64,000 bases of DNA. Source: an uncultured Dictyoglomota bacterium (GTDB lineage: Bacteria; Dictyoglomota; Dictyoglomia; Dictyoglomales; Dictyoglomaceae). The position numbers and the translations under genes are program-made. The stretch is from NCBI GenBank assembly GCA_964612975.1, contig CAZTGC010000003.1:140724-204723 (forward strand), read 5' to 3'. This document shows, piece by piece, positions 56,566 to 64,000 of the stretch; position 1 is the first letter of the stretch, and each line of letters starts with the position of its first letter. Under the pieces are notes generated by a model. That model searched no databases. It was not told where the DNA came from and saw nothing but the letters and a program-made list of their open reading frames with translations.

Positions 56566-57759
56566 ATGAGAAGAATCTTAATAGTTTTAGCTTTAACCCT
56601 TTCTTTAATAGTTTTTTCTCTAACTTCTGCCCAAGCTACAAAAATAACTATTTGGTGCTCTGAAAAACAGGTGGATATTCTCCAGAGATTAGGAGAAGAA
56701 TTTAAGGCAAAATATGGGGTTGCTGTTGAAGTTCAATATGTGGAATTTGGATCCATTAAGCCCAACTTCTTAACTGCTGCTCCCCAAGGAAAAGGTGCAG
56801 ATATTATTGTAGGAGCCCATGATTGGGTAGGAGAATTAGTGGTAAATGGATTATTGGAACCAATTCCTGAATTCAAAGATATAAAACAATTTTATGAAAC
56901 TTCCCTTAAAGCCTTTTCTTATGGTGGAAAGCTCTATGGTTTACCCTATGCTATGGAAGCTATAGCTTTAATTTATAATAAAGACTATGTCAAAACCCCA
57001 CCCTTAACCATGGAAAGCTTGATTACCACAGCAAAAAGAATAAACACTGCATATAAAGGTAAAGTAAAGGGATTTGTTACCAGTGCAGCAGAATTCTATT
57101 ATGTAGCACCTGTCATTTTTGGACAGGGAGGATATGTATTTAAAGATACTCCTTCAGGACTTGATGTATCTGATATTGGGCTTGCAAATCCTGGAGCTGT
57201 AAAGGGTGTAAAATTATGGAAAAGATTAGTAGATGAGGGACTTTTAAGCCCTGGAGATAACTATCAAATAATGGATTCTTTATTCAAAGAAGGGAAGGCA
57301 GCAATGATCATAAATGGGCCCTGGGCAGTCAAAGCCTATAAAGATGCAGGGGTAAATTATGGGGTAAGTGTTATTCCTAATTTAGAGGCAAAGATTCCTG
57401 CAAAACCATTTGTTGGTGTTCAAGGGTTTATGGTAAATTCAAAATCACCAAATAAAGTTCTTGTCAGAGAATTTCTCATAAGCTTTATTTCTACAAAGGA
57501 TACCATGTATAAGATTTATCTTGCAGATCCAAGAATTCCTTCAAGAAAGGATGTTCTTGCCCTTGTAAAAGATAACCCTGATATCGTTGGATTCACAAAG
57601 AGTGCTTCCAACGGAATACCAATGCCCAATGTCCCAGAAATGGCTGCAGTTTGGGGTGCCATGAATGATGCCCTTAATTTAGTGGTAAATGAAAAGGCAA
57701 CTCTAGAGGATGCCCTTAATAATGCGGTGAAAACTATAAAAGCTCAAATTAAAAAGTAA
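56566..57759 (+). CDS. MalE/CycB(GanS)-family oligosaccharide-binding protein
   Basis: 397 aa. Signal peptide, KITIWCSEKQ..., GADIIVGAHDWVGEL, INGPWA blocks of the maltodextrin/cyclodextrin/galactooligosaccharide SBP family. Confidence 0.85.
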   Translation: MRRILIVLALTLSLIVFSLTSAQATKITIWCSEKQVDILQRLGEEFKAKYGVAVEVQYVEFGSIKPNFLTAAPQGKGADIIVGAHDWVGELVVNGLLEPIPEFKDIKQFYETSLKAFSYGGKLYGLPYAMEAIALIYNKDYVKTPPLTMESLITTAKRINTAYKGKVKGFVTSAAEFYYVAPVIFGQGGYVFKDTPSGLDVSDIGLANPGAVKGVKLWKRLVDEGLLSPGDNYQIMDSLFKEGKAAMIINGPWAVKAYKDAGVNYGVSVIPNLEAKIPAKPFVGVQGFMVNSKSPNKVLVREFLISFISTKDTMYKIYLADPRIPSRKDVLALVKDNPDIVGFTKSASNGIPMPNVPEMAAVWGAMNDALNLVVNEKATLEDALNNAVKTIKAQIKK

Positions 57760-57770
57760 AATCTTGATAT

Positions 57771-57801
57771 AAGGACCCAAGAGAATAACCCTTGGGTCCT
57801 T
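57771..57801 (+). terminator. intercistronic hairpin after the binding-protein gene
   Basis: AAGGACCCAAG-agaataacc-CTTGGGTCCTT (11 bp) followed by ACTTTT. Confidence 0.6.
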
Positions 57802-57822
57802 ACTTTTAGGAGGGAGAAGTTA

Positions 57823-59559
57823 GTGATTAAAGTATTAAAAATCTTTTTATTGTTTTTATTAGCATTATTTAACGCTATCCTTTTATTATTTGGAATTTAT
57901 CTTATTCAAAACGCCTATTATGAGATTGGAATTGTTCTTCTTTCTGCTCTCATACTTATAGATTTCTTCATTCTTAATCCCAAAGCTTATCCCTACAGAT
58001 ATACAATTCCCGCCCTTATTTTCCTATTTCTCCTTGTCCTTTATCCTATTTATTTTACAATTAAAACTGCCTTTACTAATTTTGGAACGGGACATATATT
58101 TACAAAAGAGGAAACTATTGAAAGGCTTCTTTATGATCCCAACTACACCTACATTTTAGAAGAAAAACCTATAAAATTTAAGATATTCTCAGTCTTTAAA
58201 GATTCCCAACCCCAAGATGATTTTTTAATAATTTTTGAAATTGACAAGAAATATTATGTAGCTGGTATTCCCCACCCAAGTAAACAAAGGGGAAGAGAAG
58301 TTCTTTTAAGAGAAGGAAAACTAGTAAGGATAGAAGATAAAAATTTTAAGTTAAATGGGAGATCCTTTGAAGTTTCTCCTTATCCCTTTATTCTTTCCAA
58401 TATAGATTTGATTTCAACCTCAGATAAGGTGTATAAATCTGTCTATATGTTAGAAGATCCTGAACTGGAAAAAAACTTTTCCTTTTTTACATTGATTATT
58501 CAGAAATATTTGATTCAAACAGAATATATTGAGCCAGAAACTGGAAAAATTTTAGGAGTAAAAGTAGATAGCGATGGAAGATGGAAATTCTTTTTTATAG
58601 ACAGGCTTTACAGACTTTCCTATGAGGATATTAGAGAAAATGGTAAGATTAAGACAAAACTTGTAATTGTTAATACAAAAACTAAAAAGCCTATTATTGA
58701 AGAAAAGGGTTCCTTTTTTGATCAAGATGAAAAGGGAAATAGAATTTTTTTAGTAGGATACACTGCCTTTATTGGATTTGAAAACTTTTCAAGGATTTTA
58801 ACTGATGAACAAATCTCAGGACCATTTCTTAGAGTGTTTCTATGGACAGTTCTTTGGTCCCTATTTACTGTTTTATTTTCCTTTTCTCTAGGACTTTCTT
58901 TAGCTCTGATACTTAATAATAGGAAATTAAAATTTAGAAATATTTATAGAACTTTACTCATTATCCCCTGGGCAATCCCTTATTTTATATCGGTTTTAAC
59001 TTGGAGAAATGGAATTTTTAATGAAACCTATGGTATTCTTAATAAAATTATTCTTCCCTTCTTAGGAATTGAGCCTATAAAATGGTTTAATGATCCCTTC
59101 TGGGCTAAGGTTATTTGTTTAACTGTAAATACTTGGCTTACCTTCCCATATATGATGACTGTTTCCTTAGGAGCCCTTCAGGGAATACCTGATGAGCTTT
59201 ATGAGGTTGCAGCAATTGATGGCGCGGGAAAATGGAATAGATTTTGGTATATTACCTTCCCATTACTTCTTACAGTGGTTGCTCCTTTACTTATTAGTAG
59301 TTTTGCCTATACCTTTAATAACTTCACTCTTATTTACCTTTTGACTGCTGGTGGTCCTCCTATGGTGGGAGCAACAACTCCTGCAGGACATACAGATATT
59401 TTAATTTCCTATGTATATAAATTAGCCTTTGAGGGAAGAGGACAAGAATTTGGTTTTGCAAGTTCTATAGCTATTCTCATCTTCTTTTTAGTTGCAGGAA
59501 TAAGCCTCATAAACTTTAAATTATCAGGAGCTTTTGAAGAGATAAGAGGTGAGCAATAA
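57823..59559 (+). CDS. MalF-type permease with a large P2-like external loop
   Basis: 578 aa with a GTG start. Three N-terminal TM segments, an external loop of about 230 aa, then the EAA loop YEVAAIDGAGKWNRFWYITFPLL. Confidence 0.85.
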   Translation: MIKVLKIFLLFLLALFNAILLLFGIYLIQNAYYEIGIVLLSALILIDFFILNPKAYPYRYTIPALIFLFLLVLYPIYFTIKTAFTNFGTGHIFTKEETIERLLYDPNYTYILEEKPIKFKIFSVFKDSQPQDDFLIIFEIDKKYYVAGIPHPSKQRGREVLLREGKLVRIEDKNFKLNGRSFEVSPYPFILSNIDLISTSDKVYKSVYMLEDPELEKNFSFFTLIIQKYLIQTEYIEPETGKILGVKVDSDGRWKFFFIDRLYRLSYEDIRENGKIKTKLVIVNTKTKKPIIEEKGSFFDQDEKGNRIFLVGYTAFIGFENFSRILTDEQISGPFLRVFLWTVLWSLFTVLFSFSLGLSLALILNNRKLKFRNIYRTLLIIPWAIPYFISVLTWRNGIFNETYGILNKIILPFLGIEPIKWFNDPFWAKVICLTVNTWLTFPYMMTVSLGALQGIPDELYEVAAIDGAGKWNRFWYITFPLLLTVVAPLLISSFAYTFNNFTLIYLLTAGGPPMVGATTPAGHTDILISYVYKLAFEGRGQEFGFASSIAILIFFLVAGISLINFKLSGAFEEIRGEQ

Positions 59560-61808
59560 TGGTTGGAGAAGGAAGAAAAAATTTATTAACCCATTTAATT
59601 CTCTTAATTATTATTCCTATAATTCTTTTTCCTATAATTTGGGTAGTATCAACTTCTATAAGAAGAGATGAGGCTGCATTCTCAACAAAGCTTTTTTCTT
59701 CAAGATTAACCCTTCAACACTACATAGATTTGGTAGCCCCTGAGAAGAATATTCCTGTTCTTGTTCAAGAAATTCAAAATTTAGTGTTAAGGACACCTCC
59801 ATACAATAAATGGGATGAAAAAAGAATAAAGAAACTTATTGATGAGGACTTAAGGAGACTTCAAGATTATGTAAAGGAAACCCAAGAAAGATATGAAAAT
59901 TCGAAGAAATTATTTAACAAAGTAAATAACTTTCTTACTTCTAAAAATGAAGATATTAAAAGTAAAACCTTATCAATCCTTTTGGAGTTAAAGGACTTTT
60001 TAGAAAGAAAAATCCCAAAGGAAGAAGCAGGAAGAATAGAAATTGAGAAGTATAATAACTTAAAAGTTCTTAAAGAAAGATTTTCTAAGATTTCAGAAAG
60101 GATAAATAAAAATTTGATGGAGATTAATAGAATTAAAAATAGATATTCATCCCTTCAAGAGAGCATCCTTAATATAAATAAGGAGTTTAGTTATGAGATA
60201 AATCCTAAAATCGAATTAATAAATAAGAAATTAACGGAGGAAACAAATGTTATACCTGCCTCCTTTTTCCAGTCTAAAAATAAAAACCTCTTATCTAAAT
60301 CCTTAGAAATTTTAAAAAATTTAACTGAAAAAGTTGAAGGATATCCTGATCTTTCTCAAACTCTTAATGACTTAAAAAATCTCCATCACAATTTAGAATA
60401 TAATTGGAATCCATTCTCCCCTCAATCTAAGGAAATATATTTCAGCATAAAGGAATTAGATTCTAAAATCTCCATGGCAATATCTATGTTGGAAAATAAC
60501 ATAAGAAATCTTAAAGAGGAAGAAAGAAAATTAGCCCTATTGGAGCAAGAAAATGAATTCTTAGAGATACAAAGGGAGCTTCTAGGAACTGAGATGGAAG
60601 AAGAGGAAGAAGAATTAAAGCCTATTTCCAAATATTCAGAACTTAAGACCTTCTTAAAAAATTTAGATGGGAAAATAAAGGAAATTGAAGATGCAAAAAA
60701 TTTCAAAGATTTAGTTATTGTATGTGTCCCCTTAGAAGAGGAATTTAGAAATTTTGTAAGTGAATATATTTTAAGCTTTGATAGAGATGAATTAGTAGGC
60801 AAAATAGAATCAGCTGTAGATAAATTGAGATGGTTTCAAGAATATAATACCTTCCTAAATAAGTTTGAATTTTTTTCTAAAAATCTGAATAATACAATAG
60901 AAAAAACTAAGATATATCTTTCTGATTTATCCTTAACAGGAAAATCTCTAAATCCAAATCTTTTAGATACTCTATATGATATTGCTAAAACTGATTATGT
61001 AAATCTTGTAAGTCCTAATATGAATATAGTTTCTAAAAAGGCAGGAGATTTAATAGATCTACTTCCCTACAAGGATGTTAAAGGAGATTTAAAGGGAATT
61101 GATGGAGAATTATTTAGAATTGACCAAGTTTGGAAGCAAAAAACAAGACACTACTTTTTAAGATGGGTAAGAAATTCAATTTTTGTTGCTGGTATCTCTG
61201 CAATTATAACCACTATTGTATGCTCCATAGCTGCTTATCCCTTTAGTAGGTTGAGATTTTGGGGAAGAAAATATGGAATAATGACTCTCCTTTTAATTCA
61301 GATGTTTCCAAGTGCAGTTTATATGATTGCGATTTATAGTCTTCTGAACCTACTTGGCAAATTTGTTCCCTTTTTAGGACTTGACACTCTAACAGGTCTT
61401 ACCTTTGTCTACTTAGGTAATATTGCATACAATATGTATATAATTAAAGGCTTCTATGATACAATTCCTGATTCCTTAGAGGAGTCAGCAATGATCGATG
61501 GAGCAACAAGATTTCAAACCTTCTATAAGATAGTTATTCCCCTTGCCCGCCCTATTCTTGCAGTAGTGATAATTTTAACCTTCATGGGTGTTTTTAATGA
61601 ATTTATCTTTGCAAGAATTATATTGCGGGATGCTAAAAATTATACCTATGCCATTGGTCTATGGACTTTCTCCTCAGGACCATACCTTACAGAATGGGGT
61701 TTATTTACGGCTGCTGCCCTTCTTGGAATGCTCCCTATGACCATATTATTCCTTTCCCTTCAAAGATATATAGTTTCTGGACTTACAAAGGGAGCAGTAA
61801 AAGGTTAA
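59559..61808 (+). CDS. MalG-type permease with a roughly 470-aa insertion between TM1 and TM2
   Basis: 749 aa. Both ends align with E. coli MalG as I recall it (FPIIWVVSTSIRR; VRNSIFVAGISAI...; EESAMIDGATRFQTFYKIVIPLARP; QRYIVSGLTKGAVKG). Residues about 60-535 are K/E/N/L-rich with no TM segment. Confidence 0.85.
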   Translation: MVGEGRKNLLTHLILLIIIPIILFPIIWVVSTSIRRDEAAFSTKLFSSRLTLQHYIDLVAPEKNIPVLVQEIQNLVLRTPPYNKWDEKRIKKLIDEDLRRLQDYVKETQERYENSKKLFNKVNNFLTSKNEDIKSKTLSILLELKDFLERKIPKEEAGRIEIEKYNNLKVLKERFSKISERINKNLMEINRIKNRYSSLQESILNINKEFSYEINPKIELINKKLTEETNVIPASFFQSKNKNLLSKSLEILKNLTEKVEGYPDLSQTLNDLKNLHHNLEYNWNPFSPQSKEIYFSIKELDSKISMAISMLENNIRNLKEEERKLALLEQENEFLEIQRELLGTEMEEEEEELKPISKYSELKTFLKNLDGKIKEIEDAKNFKDLVIVCVPLEEEFRNFVSEYILSFDRDELVGKIESAVDKLRWFQEYNTFLNKFEFFSKNLNNTIEKTKIYLSDLSLTGKSLNPNLLDTLYDIAKTDYVNLVSPNMNIVSKKAGDLIDLLPYKDVKGDLKGIDGELFRIDQVWKQKTRHYFLRWVRNSIFVAGISAIITTIVCSIAAYPFSRLRFWGRKYGIMTLLLIQMFPSAVYMIAIYSLLNLLGKFVPFLGLDTLTGLTFVYLGNIAYNMYIIKGFYDTIPDSLEESAMIDGATRFQTFYKIVIPLARPILAVVIILTFMGVFNEFIFARIILRDAKNYTYAIGLWTFSSGPYLTEWGLFTAAALLGMLPMTILFLSLQRYIVSGLTKGAVKG

Positions 61809-61823
61809 AAGGAGGCGGAATTG

Positions 61824-63689
61824 ATGAGATTTCAAAAATTTTTCTCCATAATAAATATAACTATGTTGGGATTAAGTTTTCTTCTTTATTTAGGATTTTC
61901 TAACACAGAGATTATTGTAAATCCCATTGAAAATCTTAGGAAAGATTTTATTAAAGGGATTGATGTTTCTATGCTTTATCAAATTGAAGAGAATGGTGGC
62001 AAATTTTATGATAATGGTATAGAGAAGGATCCCCTGGAAATATTAAAGAATCATGGAGTAAATTGGATAAGATTAAGAGTTTGGAATGATCCCTTTGATG
62101 AAACAGGACAGCCCTTTGGGGGAGGGAATTGTGATTATGTAAAAATAACCAAAATTGCTCAAAGGGCAAAATCCTTAGGATTAAAAGTATGCCTCGATTT
62201 TCATTATAGTGATTGGTGGGCAGATCCAGGAAAACAGAATAAGCCCAAGGCATGGAAAAATCTTAAAGGAACTTCCTTAGTGAAAGAAGTTTCTAATTTT
62301 ACCTTTAAAGTTTTAGATTATATGAAAAAGAATAATGCCCTCCCCGATATGGTTCAACTTGGAAATGAGGTTAACAATGGTTTCTTATGGCCTGATGGAC
62401 AACTTATTGGGGTTAATGTGGGAGGATTTGATGGTTTTGTAAAATTACTAAATGCAGGTATAAGTTCTGTAAGAAGAGTAAGCAGATCTATAAAAATTGC
62501 CATTCATTTGTCCGATGGTGGAAACAATTCTTTGTACCGATGGTTCTTTGAAGAAATAACAAGAAGGAAAGTAGATTTTGATGTTATTGGAGTATCCTAT
62601 TATCCATATTGGCATGGTACCCTTGATGAACTAAGAGCTAATCTAAATGATATCTCCCAAAGATATAATAAGGACGTAGCAATCCTTGAAACTGCTTATG
62701 CTTGGACATTACAAGATATAGATGGACATCCCAATATCTTTGGAGGAGATATGGAGATAATGGGGGGATATAAAGCAACAATTCAGGGACAAGCTACTGC
62801 AATAAGAGATATTATGGAAGTTGTTGCTCAAGTTCCAAATGGAAGAGGTTTAGGAATATTTTATTGGGAGGGATGTTGGATACCTGTAAAGGGAGCTGGC
62901 TGGAAAGAAGGGGAAGGAAATCCCTGGGAAAATCAAGCTCTATTTGATTTTAATGGTAATACTCTTCCTTCCTTAGATGTTTTTAATCTTGTTTATGGTA
63001 AAACCTATGTAAAACTCAAACCAAAGGAATTGCTTTCCATTATAAATATAAAAATTTCCACAGGAGAGACACCCAAATTTCCTGAAAAGGTTAGAATTTT
63101 ATTTTCCGATGATGCCATAAGATCAATCCCAGTAATTTGGGAAGAAATTGATAAATCATTAATATCCACCCCTGGTAGTTTCAAAGTAAAAGGTATTGTG
63201 AAGGATGTTAATATTGAAGTATCTGCAAATATCACTGTTGTAGGAGAAAGGATTTTTGTCCAAAATCCAAGTTTTGAATCAGGAGGTTTTGAGCCTTGGA
63301 TAGTGGTAGGAGATAAGACTGCGGTGAAGGTTGTTAAAGCAAGTCCCCCTCAGAATGCTAAATCAGGAGAATATGCAGTAAATTATTGGCTTGATAAACC
63401 ATTTAAATTTGAAATGTATCAAGTGGTAAAGGGACTTAAAGATGGAGTCTATAAGGTAAGTTTTTGGATTCAAGGTGGCGGAGGAGAAAATATTCTAAAA
63501 CTTAAAGTGAGCGAATATGGTGGAGAGGATCTATTTTTAGATATTGTAAATACAGGCTGGCTTAAATGGAGTAATCCCACTATAAAGGGAATAAAGGTTT
63601 CCACAGGTCAATGTAAAATCAGTATAATTATTGACGGAAATACAGGAAATTGGGGTTGGATTGATGATTTTGAGCTAAAAGAGGAATAG
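61824..63689 (+). CDS. ganB: GH53 endo-beta-1,4-galactanase with C-terminal Ig-like and carbohydrate-binding-like domains
   Basis: GIDVSMLYQIEENGGKFYD, NWIRLRVWNDP, VQLGNEVNNG (acid/base) and AILETAYAW (nucleophile) are GH53 blocks. The C-terminal 150 aa (FVQNPSFESGGFEPW...WIDDFEL) form a galactose-binding-like jelly roll. ATG 61824 is preferred over TTG 61821. Confidence 0.9.
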   Translation: MRFQKFFSIINITMLGLSFLLYLGFSNTEIIVNPIENLRKDFIKGIDVSMLYQIEENGGKFYDNGIEKDPLEILKNHGVNWIRLRVWNDPFDETGQPFGGGNCDYVKITKIAQRAKSLGLKVCLDFHYSDWWADPGKQNKPKAWKNLKGTSLVKEVSNFTFKVLDYMKKNNALPDMVQLGNEVNNGFLWPDGQLIGVNVGGFDGFVKLLNAGISSVRRVSRSIKIAIHLSDGGNNSLYRWFFEEITRRKVDFDVIGVSYYPYWHGTLDELRANLNDISQRYNKDVAILETAYAWTLQDIDGHPNIFGGDMEIMGGYKATIQGQATAIRDIMEVVAQVPNGRGLGIFYWEGCWIPVKGAGWKEGEGNPWENQALFDFNGNTLPSLDVFNLVYGKTYVKLKPKELLSIINIKISTGETPKFPEKVRILFSDDAIRSIPVIWEEIDKSLISTPGSFKVKGIVKDVNIEVSANITVVGERIFVQNPSFESGGFEPWIVVGDKTAVKVVKASPPQNAKSGEYAVNYWLDKPFKFEMYQVVKGLKDGVYKVSFWIQGGGGENILKLKVSEYGGEDLFLDIVNTGWLKWSNPTIKGIKVSTGQCKISIIIDGNTGNWGWIDDFELKEE

Positions 63690-63707
63690 GGGAGGAATAT
63701 CCTCCCC
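63689..63707. terminator. bidirectional terminator hairpin
   Basis: GGGGAGGA-ata-TCCTCCCC between convergent genes, overlapping the GH53 stop codon. Confidence 0.65.
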
Positions 63708-63713
63708 AACTCC

Positions 63714-64000
63714 TTATATTATCCCTTTTTCTTTAAATACTTCGTAAGCTTCTTTTATGAATTCAGGACTTGTTCCGCAACATCCTCCAATAAAATTTAT
63801 ACCTAAATCCAACATCTCTTCCACAAAAACTGCAAAATCAGAAGGAGATTCAGAATAAGTTAATCTTCCATCTAAAATTTTAGGAATACCTGCATTAGGC
63901 TGTATTAACACAGGAAGATTTGTTGATTTTCTAACAATAGGAGCTATCTTCTTCATATCTTCAATTCCCTTCCCACAATTTGATCCCACAAAATCTGCAC
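63714..64000 (-). CDS. homocysteine S-methyltransferase domain protein (MetH/BHMT-like); 5' part beyond the window
   Basis: The C-terminal segment ...NCGKGIEDM...PVLIQPNAGIP...FIGGCCGTSPEFI carries the zinc-binding GGCCGT motif of the Hcy-binding domain. Confidence 0.75.
   Translation of the reverse strand, partial: ADFVGSNCGKGIEDMKKIAPIVRKSTNLPVLIQPNAGIPKILDGRLTYSESPSDFAVFVEEMLDLGINFIGGCCGTSPEFIKEAYEVFKEKGII

Noticed and set aside
59736-61150. Intein or mobile-element origin for the MalG insertion.
   Set aside because: There is no Cys/Ser/Thr at the upstream junction with His-Asn plus a nucleophile at the downstream junction, and no endonuclease or transposase motifs. Composition and codon style match the rest of the gene.
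1-64000. Search by eye for CRISPR arrays, tRNA/rRNA genes, IS elements, integrases, and prophage or toxin-antitoxin modules.
   Set aside because: I found no regularly spaced repeats, no tRNA-like T-arm or acceptor signatures, and no transposase, integrase or phage-like ORFs. An absence judged by eye is weaker than a tool-based scan (tRNAscan-SE, Infernal, ISfinder, PADLOC/DefenseFinder), which should be run.

Overview
Visibly AT-rich (by eye about one-third G+C), densely coding bacterial chromosomal segment with about 58 protein genes on both strands. Proteins are rich in K, E and I, and several loci resemble Thermotoga carbohydrate loci. I suspect a thermophilic anaerobe such as Dictyoglomus or a Thermotogota relative, but that is inference I cannot verify without a search. 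Order of content: galM (partial); a hexuronate/gluconate cluster (uxaE, 2-hydroxyacid DH, FGGY kinase, gnd, SDR mannonate oxidoreductase); mgtC; a tightly packed 6-kb envelope operon (secreted hypothetical, LolA-like, flavin reductase, MalK-like ATPase, Zn phospholipase C-like, MacA/MacB-like); a DUF2089 pair; UPF0280; ktrBA-like K+ uptake; a COG1900 + NIL-ferredoxin homocysteine operon; a CUT1 sugar ABC system; iolB; CE7 esterase; epimerase; rlmI-like; an orphan coiled-coil/nuclease-like gene; nitroreductase; an FAD oxidoreductase / Zn-ADH / URO-D-like trio; a minus-strand block holding an M6 metalloprotease with a C-terminal FlgD-Ig/T9SS-CTD-like domain, two FadL/PorV-like barrels, an M48 protease and a TIM-barrel isomerase; GDPD, GH130 and GH31; an SdpR/SdpI/PLDc_N/ABC-2 operon; MBL and beta-propeller secreted proteins; a heterodimeric ABC exporter with one degenerate ATP site; and an AraR-type regulator followed by a malEFG-like transporter and a GH53 galactanase. 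Most unusual items: a MalG-type permease with a roughly 470-residue coiled-coil-like insertion in its first external loop; the CTD-like protease next to a PorV-like barrel; a possible Lol-like envelope operon; and four gene lesions between 29.6 and 37.7 kb (two single-base frameshifts, one truncated gene, one nadE relic). I saw no rRNA, tRNA, CRISPR array, transposase or integrase. All family calls rest on motif recognition from memory, not on searches.
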